Shown here in pieces: positions 12,248 through 24,200 of a stretch of 64,000 nucleotides of DNA. Location of the stretch: positions 2,480,719 to 2,544,718 of the forward strand of contig NW_003314273.1 in NCBI RefSeq assembly GCF_000143415.4, written 5' to 3'. The notes below the pieces were generated by a model. That model worked only from the letters and a program-made list of their open reading frames with translations, had not been told where the DNA came from and made no database searches. The stretch's first letter is position 1, and each line of letters opens with the position of its first letter. Source of the stretch: Selaginella moellendorffii. Its lineage: Eukaryota; Plantae; Lycopodiophyta. A program made the translations under genes and the position numbers.

Positions 12248-12890
12248 TTAGACATCGATGTCGTATGTGCGGTGAGCCAGGAGCTTGAACATGAAAGATG
12301 TTTCACTCTGCTTGTTGTACACGAGGAACTCTGCCTTGACGTCCTCTTCGTCCTCGTCGTCAATGCGAGCCAGGCATGCTGCCTCCTTTTCCGGTGAACT
12401 CTTGCGCGAGCCCACGAAGCACTCCCCCAATCTCGACATCCTCGCCATGTAACAGCCGCGGCTCTCTGGCTCATAATCCATTGGCGTCACGTAATACACC
12501 TTCGTCTCCGGGTCGCTGAGCACGCCCAAGTGGTTGCCCGATGCGCGCTGCCTCTGCAGGACGTGGAACGTGAAGGGAGGGTGGCCATGCAGCTGCCGCA
12601 TGGCTGGAGCGGCCCCCTTACGGATCGCCTCGTCTCTGAAAAATAAACTGAAAAATCGAAAATGCTGAAGGCTCACAAGATCGGCTTCTCTCGACAAGTT
12701 CGACAGGAAGCTCCGAGTTGCTCAACCACAGCCGCGCATCTAACACGGCAATGTAGACGTTCTCCTCGTGCGTAAGGTAAGGGCACATCGTAATAAGAGA
12801 AGCAAGCCTTCCGCCGTCACTCAGATCTACCAGGAGCTGCTCCAGATCCTTGCAGTTACAGTGGTTTTTGTCGGTAGTTTCAACTCCCAT
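12248..12890 (-). CDS. Hypothetical lineage-specific protein (at least 2 exons)
   Basis: GC-rich, codon-like ORFs MGVETTDKNHCNCKDLEQLL... and ...DEAIRKGAAPAMRQLHGHPPF...YDIDV*, separated by a pyrimidine-rich TTTCAG acceptor near 12637. No recognisable domain. Confidence 0.45.
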
Positions 12891-13255
12891 GGCTTGCAGC
12901 GCGGGATGTCATTAAGAAAGAAATCCCGTTATGGGTTCCTTTAACAGCAAATTAAACTCCACAGCGAGAAAAGCAGTGGGGTATTCCTCCTAGGTACGTA
13001 TTTCTCCACGTACCACGCTTCGATTGTCTCAAACAGAGCTCCACCCTATGGAGATGAGAGCGTGTACGTCCATTGGCCAGCCCTAAAAGACAAGATTAAG
13101 TATTTACTTAATCACTTCAGCTGAATCTTAAGCCGTTGGTGATTTATACACACAACCCTTGAAACCTGCGAAGACAAGAAATTTGGAGCAAAAGAGAAGA
13201 GGGCAAATCTCTTTGATTTCTCCCCTCTTGGGTGGATTTGTTTTTCCTCTTGGCG

Positions 13256-14092
13256 ATGTCTTGCTCGTGCTGTTGCTGTACGTGCTCGTATTCAACGCTG
13301 GAATGGTGCACAGCTCCACTTTGGAAGATTTATTGCATCCTTCGCTACTTTGAGAAGGAGCTGATGCATCAAATCTTTGTCATTGGCCTCTTTAGAAACT
13401 GGTAAGCTTCCTTTCTTCGAGATTGTCCTGGAAAAAGAAAACAAAATGGTTTTCTCAGGAGACAAAGAGGCGTTCGATCGGAGCAAAACCTAGCAGAGAT
13501 TGAGAACCTTGGGCCGATCACGCTCACTTTGGACAATCAGCCTTTCACCTGTCAAGATGGATCATGGTCTGCTGGTAAAACTCAATCCTTTACCTCTCTC
13601 GAGAATGGAAGTACAAGTCTTAGTTGTGCTCGATCCAGGTCCTGGAATCCCGAGAACAGCGATGGGAATCCATCGAGAGATTTATGTCTTGAGGCGTGAA
13701 AGGAAACACCTGGTAAAACTCGAAAAAAAAAGCACAAAACAAAACTCGTAAGTAGCTCCAAAAACTTACAGTTCTTGGATTTGTAGAAGAGAGAGGTGGC
13801 CAAGTACGCAAGGAAAACAGAAGAGCTCAAAGGCATGAAGGATAAGATCAACATGCTGGACTTCAAGTACCAGCTTCTTCTCGACATGGTAAGAACTTAA
13901 GCTCGCTGGAGTTAGAAGGAAACTTTTCTGAATAAATGGATTTGATCAATCGATTGATTGATTGAGCAGTGGACCACGAAAGTCATGGGTGGTGAGAATG
14001 GAGGCGGCGGTTCTCCGAGAAGAGGCCTCAGTAGGACACCATCACCACGAAAGAGTCCGAAGAACACTCCACAGCGGAGTCGCAGCCGATAA
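13256..14092 (+). CDS. Chibby-like coiled-coil protein (exons 13256-13401, 13459-13574, 13639-13713, 13787-13888, 13970-14092)
   Basis: Five GT-AG exons splice in frame to ~186 aa: Cys-rich N-terminus, LGPITLTLDNQPFTCQDGSWSA, coiled coil ending KINMLDFKYQLLLDMW, and an SR-rich tail. Pattern resembles Chibby (PTMNLAGQSLKFENGQW...NNLLRLKVDILLDML). Confidence 0.62.
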
Positions 14093-14200
14093 AAATCTGT
14101 TAATACCTGTGAAGATCGTCAAGAACAAACATTACTCCAGAAACGAGTAATGCGTTTACCGGTCTTAGAGATTAGTCTTTCTCAATTGGAGTTGACGACT

Positions 14201-16171
14201 TCAGATGTTGCTCAAGACCTCCGCCACAACCAAGGCCTGCTTTGCAGTCGGATGGACAATGAAATCCCTGGAAAACAGGAAACAAATGTTTTGGAGAACT
14301 TTGATTTAGGCATAGCATACCGAGGAACCGCTTGAAGCTTTTCAAAAGCAGCGATGAACAGTCCTGCAATCGAAGAGCCGTCGGAAGGATTGATGCAGAG
14401 AATTGCCTGGAAAAAGAAAAGAAAAAGAAAAAGAAAAAGAAAAAGAAATTGTTTTGCAAAATTGAGAAACAAAACAGCGATACCTGAAACGCGTGAGCAA
14501 GCAGCAATTGTGATTGTGATTCTTTGAGTAAGACCTGCGCAGTTCGATCATCGAAGCGTTGCAGCAAGACTTCGAAGGATGAAAAATCTATAGGTGGTCG
14601 CTACAAAAAGATAAAAACGTTCGAACTCTTCCAATCATAAGTTACAGAAAGAAAACCACATACCCTTGAGGAAAATAGCTTAACAAAACACTCCATTACG
14701 AATTGGAGCTTCTGCTCGGGTTTCTGGATTGCCTTATGAAATAAAAACATCGTCGATATTTAAAAGCATGTAAATAGATAAACACACCTCCAAGAAAATA
14801 GGCATTTTTTCACCGTTATTCTTGAACAGTTTGTCCACTAACTGGTCGATATAATCCTTCGTTAAGCTGACAAAGGTAAAGATTATCGCACCATTATAAA
14901 CAACGATTCTCACCTCGTTTTCAGTTCATCAAGGTGAAATAGCTTGTGAAAACAATAAGAGACGTTATTACAACAAGGTCACAGAAAAACTTACCAGAGA
15001 TATCAACGCTTGGGTCGATTTATAAATGATGTCGAAGTACTGGAGACTGCTATTGTTCTCTGTCACTCCCTCCAAACTAAAATGTAGCAACTCCAGGAGG
15101 ATCTTATCAAAGGAAGAATTTCCACCGCACATCTCCAACTGCTTATAAACGCAAAACCTCTCCATATTTGCACCTGCGAGATCTTCAAACTTTTAGCTTC
15201 TACCCTTTCGAAAAAAAACACATACCATCGAAGCTTGCCCGTGTCTGCTCAAAATCTTTGACCAACTGATCAATGAAGTGCCGAAACACAAGTGTTTTCA
15301 CCGGAAACTGAAACTCCATTGTAAAGAAAAGCATGTAAGGAGAAAATAACAGAAAGAAATAAATAAAATTTCACTTACGGCGCAGATTGGAGACTCTTTA
15401 ACCATTAAATCTCTGGCAAGCGATGACAGATTCTAGAAGGCATCCGTCAGAACATGGAGAAAAGGAAAAATTAAATAAATAAATGGTGAATTGAGTTACC
15501 AAGGAGGTAATGCAGGAAACATTTTTGTAAGGGACTTCCGACGCGTAAGATATGACTACCTGTGAAAAAGAAAAGGAAGAAAGATAGATTGATCAGTATG
15601 ATCGAAGAGGTTACCTCGTCTAAGTCTTTCAAAAGTCTGTAGCTCGCCATTGCCACCTCCATGGATTTGCTTTCTCGCAAACACGAGTAGACAGCTCTGT
15701 AGATGCTCCTAGAAATCCAAAACTTAGAAAAGTTTTTCTTTCTTTTCTCTTTTCTTTGCTTACTTGCTTGGCCTGGCTTTCTCGGGCATCACAAACTCCT
15801 CAAAAACGACATCCAGGAACGAAAGCTCTGAAAAGAGTTAACGAGAAACTAAAGAAAAGAAAAACCATAAAAAACGAGAGAGCTCATACTGTCGTCTCGA
15901 ATGGATTCGGCGTCTTTGACGCCCTGTGAATCCAGCATTGCGAGCACATTGTCTTCCATGTAGCCCACACCAAAGTCGACAGTTTCCTGGAAAAAATTCG
16001 TTCATGAAAAAGAAATCGACAGGAGAACCATTTCTCACCCCTTCTGGCTCCGGCGCACCACCGCGCGCAGCAATCTACAAAACCAGCGAGCTCAACACAC
16101 GCCACCGGAGGGAAAATGCTTACCCGGGAAGACGATCGCCGCTGCCGCTTCATCGTCCCGCCCAAACTCAT
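14201..16171 (-). CDS. SNI1: SNI1 (Suppressor of npr1-1 Inducible 1; NSE6-like SMC5/6 subunit), many short exons
   Basis: Exons encode MEDNVLAMLDSQGVKDAESIRDD, LSFLDVVFEEFVMPEKARPS, SIYRAVYSCLRESKSMEVAMASYRLLKDLDE, LLLAHAFQ and the C-terminal AKQALVVAEVLSNI*. These parallel Arabidopsis SNI1 (LEANTLAMIDSTGAKD..., MYQAIFRILRFGKTLELITASFQLL). Confidence 0.8.
14411..14447. repeat. (AAAAAG)n microsatellite in an SNI1 intron
   Basis: About 6 tandem units are visible. Confidence 0.8.
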
Positions 16172-16286
16172 TAGGGTTTACACTAGAACAGGATATTCCT
16201 TTCCCCCTTAAGAGCCTTTTGGTCGATCGAGGCAACGAGTGTGATAGCTTGATTGAGGCTCGCGAGACCATCGCCCACGATCAGGG

Positions 16287-17867
16287 ATGAGCTGCCGCAA
16301 TGGAAGAAATGCCGCCACTTCCACTCCATGAGATCCTATTCATCTAGATCCTATCAAGCTCCACTCCCTGGTTCCTGGAAATCCCCCCAAAGCATCTCGA
16401 CCTACGCCTCTGCGATCCGGCTTTGCAGGAACTCGAATCGCTCTCCGTGCACCTAGTTGGAAATGGCTGGGATTGAAACACCTTCTCCTAGTGGAATAGT
16501 TTGGCAAATGCGGCAGCTTGGACGAATCCCACTGGGCATTTGAGAGAATTGCGATGCACTCATGGATGTATTATATTATTTAGAATAAAATTTTGGATGT
16601 GTAAATCTTGAGAAGGGGAAGTTACAATGAAAAATTGACTCCATTTTTGAGATCATGACGGCAGCCTACACTGGCAATGGGAATCTCCACGAAGCTAGGA
16701 GGATCTTCGCCCAGATGCCTAACAAAGATATTGTGTCATGCACTGCATATTCCCAGGTGCGGAGACATGTTCGACTAGATGCCGCAGTGGTCGTGGAACG
16801 CAATCATAAGGGTATATTCTCTGTCTGGCTCTCTCGACACCGCAAAGGATCTTTTTGACAAGATGCCCCAGCAGACAATCGTGTGCTGGTCGCGGAATAT
16901 GCCCAGAAACGGCGAGTGAGAAGATTCTAATGAGGGATATGGTGCTGTGGAACAAGGTGGTTGACGTGGGAATGGCGAACAAGGCCATCAAGCTCTTGGA
17001 GGCGATGTCTCATGGAACACGCGAACGAAGGTGTTTGTGCAGCTTGGAGATCTCGAAAGCTCAAAGAGGTCGTTTGAATCCACTCCAAAGCCGGACTTGG
17101 CATCATTTACTACAATGGTGGTGGCGTTTTCGCAGCAGGGGAAGCTCCCAAATGCGAGAGAGATGTTCGATCGGATGCCCTGTCGAGACACAGTGGTGTG
17201 GACGACAATGGTTTCGGCTTATGCTCAAAACAGGCATGTCAACAGCGCGAGAAATCTGTTCCATGAGATGCCAGAGAAGAACTTGTGTCGTGGAACGCAA
17301 TGGTGGCGGCGTACGGACAGAACTGCGATGGAGCTACTGCAGTTCATCTGTTTAGATTAATGGATCTGGAGGGTATTCAAGTGGATTCTATAAGTTTGGT
17401 GAGTGCTTTGGATTGATGTTCTTCCGAGACAGCTCTGGCCGAAGGATTAAATATAGAATGCTATGAAGCTTAAACTATGAATTCAGAACTTTGCAGGCTC
17501 TGGGAAAATTGAGGGACAATTGAAGGACAGATTCACCACAAGTACTGAATATCACATAGGAAGAGTCTGAGGTTTATGGTGATGCTGTGGAGCTGGGATT
17601 TTATCAAGATACAACTCTTGCAAACTCGCTAGTTGCAATGTATGCGAGCTGTGGATGCCTTGGTGAAGCTTGCAAGCTGTTTGATGGAATTCTAGCAAAG
17701 AATGTGGTGTCTTGGCCGACCATGGCGCTGCTTACGCATAGAACAGCAAGAACTATGCCACTGATGCCAAACAAGGTAACTCTCACAACTGTCCTAAGGC
17801 TGTGTAGTCAAAGTGGTAAACTATGTGATGCCAGAGAGAACTTCATACTTGTGACTGGAGATTTTGA
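16287..17867 (+). pseudogene. PPR pseudogene, decayed duplicate of 32098-33924
   Basis: Near-identical blocks to the intact PPR are interrupted by many small deletions, frameshifts, stops, two foreign inserts (~16560-16652, ~17447-17583) and a 3' truncation. Confidence 0.9.
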
Positions 17868-17899
17868 GCCTCTCAACATGGGGAGAAACACATGAATCC

Positions 17900-20800
17900 A
17901 GTTGTCAATTAAAGTGATATCTTGTGTGAACTCCTTACCCTAAAAGTGGAGAGTATATTCCCAATATTTTAACAATAGAATATTCTAGAGAAACTCACTC
18001 AATGTTATGCATATCCTAATAGACAACCATAGAGGATTGCATAGACTTTATTGCATACAAAAAACCCATGACCATTACAACATAATACACTATATTAACA
18101 CTGCTGCAAGAAAAAGTAGAGGGAAACACAAAAGAAAAAGCCAAGAAAGAGGAAAGGAGGAAGTGAAAAATTCCAGATTCAAAGGAAAACCATGATGGGC
18201 AAAACTAGTTTCATATTTCTTTATTACTCCCTTTTTATTTTGCTTGATTTTCCATTTTTTCTACTTTGCTTTGGGTTAAGTGTTAAGTTCCAAGTGAAGG
18301 AGAATCACTTATCTGGAATTCTTAAGTTTTATAAAGTTTTAGTGTTTCTATAAATATGCTCAACTAGTAGATTTAGACAGTTTTTATAAATAACCAATAG
18401 GACTAAACGGGACCACACATGGGTATAATAGTGAAAGTGTTTGGTAGACATGGTAAGTTATCATTGGCAATATTAAGGAACTAGTCTCAATACAAAGGGG
18501 TTTTTATCATTAGTTAATGCAAGATATAATGAAATAGGAACTCCTTATATGGGCTAAGTATGCTTACTTAATAGCATATAGAAATTCTATCCTTATATTC
18601 GTCCAGTCTAAGTACACTCAAAATGCCCAATTAACTCCATTAGCACAAGAAGGATTAATAAAAGGTCTAACAATACTAATTTTTTGCCGTGCTAACAAAT
18701 AAATTTCAATACCCACAATTACATTTGCAATACATCCCCAATCTCTTGAAAGGAAGCTTAGGTATATTTTAAAATTGTTATACCAGTAAATGCATTTATA
18801 AGGAGCTTTGTATCCCATACTTGAAGTAACTCCTTAGTAGCTACAATATTTTAAGTAATATAAAGCTTCTTCTTCATCACATTCTCAAGCTTGCTCTTCA
18901 ATTTCTTTTCATTATTACGATACCAAGTCTTGAGAAGCTCCAAGCAAAAAACTTATTCATTGAAGGAGAGTTTGCTTTTTACAATGTTATAAATTAATTT
19001 TTCATGTGCTTTTCCATTTCTTGTAAGTATAAAGATTTCAAAGTGGAATGAGAAAGATAAAAAGTTCATTGCCATGAGAGCATATCTCCACAATGCAATC
19101 CAACTAATCTTGATTCTGTTGAATATCTACAAATTGACCTTTGACTTCTTCAAATTCAAAATGCATTACTCAATCTGTCATAGTTCAAGGTTCTTTTTCC
19201 CCTCATCAACTATTTGCATAATCTTCAAATACAAGTTTTGCTCTACCTTAACAATTAGGTAAAAGGAAAACTTATAAATAGAAAAATACAAGTTTATGCA
19301 AGAGAAGTACCTTTGCTCAGACATCAACCAAAAAATCCATAGGCACCTATTACTAGATAAGCAACTTCTTGCATTTACGTACAACAAGTTTTGCTTATAC
19401 TACTTCCATAACCTTGCAACTTTGATTTTTGAGAAAGATAGAACATGCTAACATATTAAAGGTGCTTAATCTTATAGATTAGGATATGCACTTGGAATGC
19501 AAACTAGTTAAGCTTGTAATATAGTTGGTGAAATCAAAAGCTATTAATGAATTTTTACATGCTGATTTTATGACATGCTAAATTAAACTTCATAGCTTAG
19601 TTCAATCTTTTAGTTCCACAAATACCACTAGAACAGAAATATATCACTTATAATTATCTTGAAAGTTTTCTTGAATACACCTTCAAAGCACTAGCCACTA
19701 GTGGTTTTTATTGATAATGTAGAACATTCAGCCTACAAAGGCTTTTATCTTTTTATGATACACTATCAAAGCATCGAATGCTTGAAATTTCATTTGCTAA
19801 ATTGATCCCAAGTTTGCTTGATCTCCCAAGTAACTATGTTTATACAATTAGTTTATAAGAATGATAATGACAAAGCCACAAATTTTTCTTTTCCAATTTG
19901 CTAGTTTACTTCATATATTCAACTACCTCCACCTTAGCTTTAGTTAATAAATGTTCCAACCGTGTGCCTAAATTCAACTTCTGTGAAAAAGGTATAAATA
20001 GCCATGTTGAGGCTATAGGCCAAATGCACCTAGTGACTTTGTTTGAGATGACAAAGTGGAATTTTAAATTTTTGAAGTCCTCTTTAAGCCATTTCACCTA
20101 CACTTTATTGATAATTCATTCTTGAGCCTAGACAATAATATTATGTACAATGATATTAACCTCTACCATATTTAAAGCCTAGCCTTCAACTATTATTTTA
20201 TTTCCACCATCTATATTACCACTTATATGTTCTACCTTATTTCCATCATTTCTAGCATTAGTAGCTAATTGTACTTGATGATTACTATCAATAGCTATAA
20301 TCAACTCCTTCATTCCCAAGACTTTCAACATCAAGGTTAGCAACTACTCCATTCATGTGAATGTTGTATTAGTCAAAAGAGTGTTATCAAGGGTGGCTAG
20401 TGCAAGTGAAGTTTCACATTTTTTTTTTGATGAAGTGCTAATTATAACACGCTTAACTTAATTCACTCTAACATATTTGGCTCTATATAAATCAAAATGC
20501 TATAGAAGCAAACACCAAATTTCATAAGTGATTTAGATGGCCTTTGATGTAAATAATGTAATTACTGTAAAGTGATTAAATTAATAGTATATATCATCTC
20601 TAGAATTTTTATAAAAGAAATTTGGTTGGTCTTGAGGATTAGCAACAAAAGAAGGACAAGCTATATCACATGCTATGAATACTGCTAAAAGAGGAAGAAG
20701 TTGCTACAAAAGAAGCTTTAAAATGAACATAAATGATAAACAAAAAAGAAAAAATGCAATCTTGAACATTAGATAGCACCTTCTATCCATTATTCTCTAA

Positions 20801-21030
20801 AAACTTTGTTCCTTGGGCTTTATCTAATAGAAAGCTACAAGAACAAAATAAATCTAGACAATGTAAAAACTAAAATCATAAATCTAAACACTCCTTAGAA
20901 ATAATTAAAATTACCTCTAAACATAAGTATATAGAATACATAAATAGGATTGAAATAAATCTAACAACTATCAAAATCCTTTTATGCTAATAATAGTATA
21001 CAATATTGTAATTATTTATTTAACACTTTT
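17900..21030. mobile_element. AT-rich degenerate repeat/TE-derived region; the right end is a decayed copy of the gypsy leader plus LTR
   Basis: 20620-20690 resembles 26380-26445, 20880-20930 resembles 26710-26770, and 20945-21010 resembles the LTR interior. The remainder has only short stop-riddled ORFs that I could not assign. Confidence 0.4.
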
Positions 21031-21035
21031 TCCAT

Positions 21036-21201
21036 TGTGAGTGCATGGAATACAGAAAGGGAATACATAAAATGTGCATCTCAATTAACCCAACCTAGCT
21101 TATATACAGGAGTGTGGTCTAGATTGAAACCAATCTTACGGCTACCAAAATCCCACTACGTATTAGTATACAACATTATAGCCATACATTTGAACCTCAC
21201 A
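21036..21201 (-). repeat. 3' LTR of the gypsy element
   Basis: TGTGAGTGCATGGAATACAGAAAGGGAAT...ACCTCACA, adjacent to the polypurine tract. Confidence 0.85.
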
Positions 21202-24200
21202 TCATCCCCTCCTCTCGGAATGATAGAAGACTATTAGGGTTCTCTTGTAGATGGGGCTGGGATTTAGAGGAACATTAAGAGGAGGCATTGGTGGATCTAT
21301 AAGTGGTACCAATTATTCTTGATCCTTTTGTACGAATTATTTCAATTACTGTATATGCACAATTTTTGGAGGATTAGCTTGCTAGACGTTATGCCGAACC
21401 TCATAAATTTGTGGTCCAACTTGCCACAACACCTGATATGGTCCTTTCCACTGAGTAAAGAACTCCTTAGATAAACCATATACCATAAGATGGGGAAGAT
21501 GAACTAATACCAAATTATCCACTTTGTACTCCACATGTGGATGATGATGGGAATTGTAGCACCATTGTTGTCTCATTTGTATGCGGCCTAGGTGTTTGGT
21601 AGACTCTGCCCAGACAAGTGGAAGAATGCTTATCAAATACTATATACGACCTAGCATTGGAAGCTCATAGCAATTGTGAAGTTAAACCCAACTCTATTAG
21701 TAATATTGGATCATGATGATATAGGAGTTTATATGGTGAAGCACCAACAAAATTCTGCACCCTTATGACATATGTATATAAAGAGACAACAAATAACCAT
21801 CTCAATCTGAATGCTAAAAATTCACGTACTTCGCAATCATCCCTTTAATAAACCATTTCACTAAACCATTTAATTATGGATGATAAGCACTCATGAAAGT
21901 GTCGTGTATCCCTAACCAAGATGTCAAAACATGAAATGCCTCAGTCATAAATACAAGACTATTATCTGAAAGGATTTTCTCTAAACAAAAATATTGGAAC
22001 ACCACTCGATTGAGGAGGATGTATTCAACAGTAGTTGTAGAGGCGCTAGCAAAAGAACCAACTTCCACCTAGCGAGTTAAATAGTCAAATGCAATAATAA
22101 CATATTCATTGCTAGTAGTCTATCATGGGAAAGGTCCCATAAAATCAACACCACCAATTCAAAAAGATGGGAAACTGAAATTGATTTGAACTATCCTTCC
22201 ACAGCACGATAGAGAGTATTGCGAGCTTGGCACCAAACATAACTAAGCACATATCGAATAACATCATGTCGCATCTTTGGCTAATAGAAAGACTAATGCA
22301 ACTTCTCAATCATACGATGATGTCCCACATGCCTACCTAGAACACAAGAATCATGGTAAGCATGGAGAAACTATGCAATAAAGATTGAAGGCACCACTAA
22401 CTGTAAATGATTATTAGGATCCGTCCTTACAAAATAAAGAAGGCAATCTTCAAGGCAATATTGAGAATGTAAATGTTGGAATGGCAAGTCATCAACAAGT
22501 GATGTAAGATTCTCAAACCCATCTCAAAGCTTTCAAATCCATAGCTCAATCAACCTTATCAAAAGAAGGTAAATTGTGCAATGCACCTTGTGGACATTGA
22601 ACTTTAAATACATCAACCGCCGATGGCACAAAATCCTCTTTTAAAAAATCTACAGATGCTAAAATAATAGGCTTACCAAAAATATGAGAAGAAAGTAAAG
22701 AAGGAAGAGGAGCTCGAAAAAAGGCATTAACATCAACCATAGAACTCAGTAGGTGATGAACAATATCAAAATCATATATCTAAAGCTTCAAAACCCACTA
22801 AGCAGTACAACCAACCATGTTTTTCCACTTTAGTAATGAAGTAATAGTAGCATAATCACCTTCTAGTAACATTCGAAAACCATGTAGATATGCATGAAGT
22901 TTCTCAAAACCCTAGACTGCTACTAAACACTCTTTCTCTATTGTGGAGTAGTTCGCCTCCACTGGGTGTAATATATAGCTAATATATGCAATAGAACGAC
23001 ACTAACCAGGCACACTCGGGTTCTTTTGCATCAACACACTTCCAAGACTAATATCAAAAGCTTCTATGCACAAAATAAAAGGTTGAGTGTAGTCAAGATA
23101 CACCAAAATTGGAGGAATCGTGAATAACTCTTTGAGATCCATGAACACTTGCTCACAGTCTGCATTCTAAATGAAAGATGACATTGATAATTTCAGCAAC
23201 ACTTGTAATTGTGCAATGCAATCAAAAAGATGATCCACAAAAAAATTGAGATATTGCACCTTGCCCAAGAAGTGCTATATATAATTCACACAATTTGGAA
23301 TAGAGAACTTCAGAATAGCCACAAGTTTGTTAGGATCAACTTGCAAACCCTTACGAGAAATACAATACCCAAACATGCACTTCTCTGGCTTCAACTTTAA
23401 ACCAACTTCCCATAGTTGATCCAACACTTTATGAATATGATAGACGTGTTCCTCTTACGTCCCCTCCGAGTGGATGAAAACATCATTGGTGAAGTTAGCA
23501 GTCACCTTCACCATATCATAAATAACTTTGTCCATCATCCACTGGAAGTCACTAGAGCATTGTTCAAATTAAATAGCATCACCAAGAACTTGTATAAACT
23601 AAATGGTGTATGAAAAGAAGTCTTAGGAATATTTTCAGCCATCAATACTTGCTAGTACCTAAAAGCAAGATATAATTTGGTAAACCAATGACTTCTTCCC
23701 AAACGATCCAAGAAATCAACAGTGTGAGGAAGAGGGTACACATTTGGGATTGTCATTTAATTTAACAAACGATAATCAATGTAGAAACAAATACACCCAT
23801 CAAGCTTTGTCACAAGATGAGGTTCACATGCCTAAGGACTCCACAACTTTTGAATAACACCCTTTTCTAACATCTCTTAGACATTTACACGTAAAATCTT
23901 GATCTTTTTGGGTGACCGACAATAAATAGAAACTTTGATTGCACGAGCATCCTCAGTTGGAATTAGATGATGTGTGGCAATTTTAGACCTAGATGATAAG
24001 TCAAATTCAAAGAGATTGACATACTCTTTCATGAGTCAATCAACTGTTGCAACACAAAGATCGTTGGAGGGATCGTAAAAGGGAAGAGCGAAATAAGATA
24101 GAAATATAGGAGGAAGTAATTGGGAGATAAAAGTAATAGAAGTAGAAGTAAAAAGCAAAGGGACTAAAAGGTATAAAAGTGAGAGGAATGGTTAAAATAT

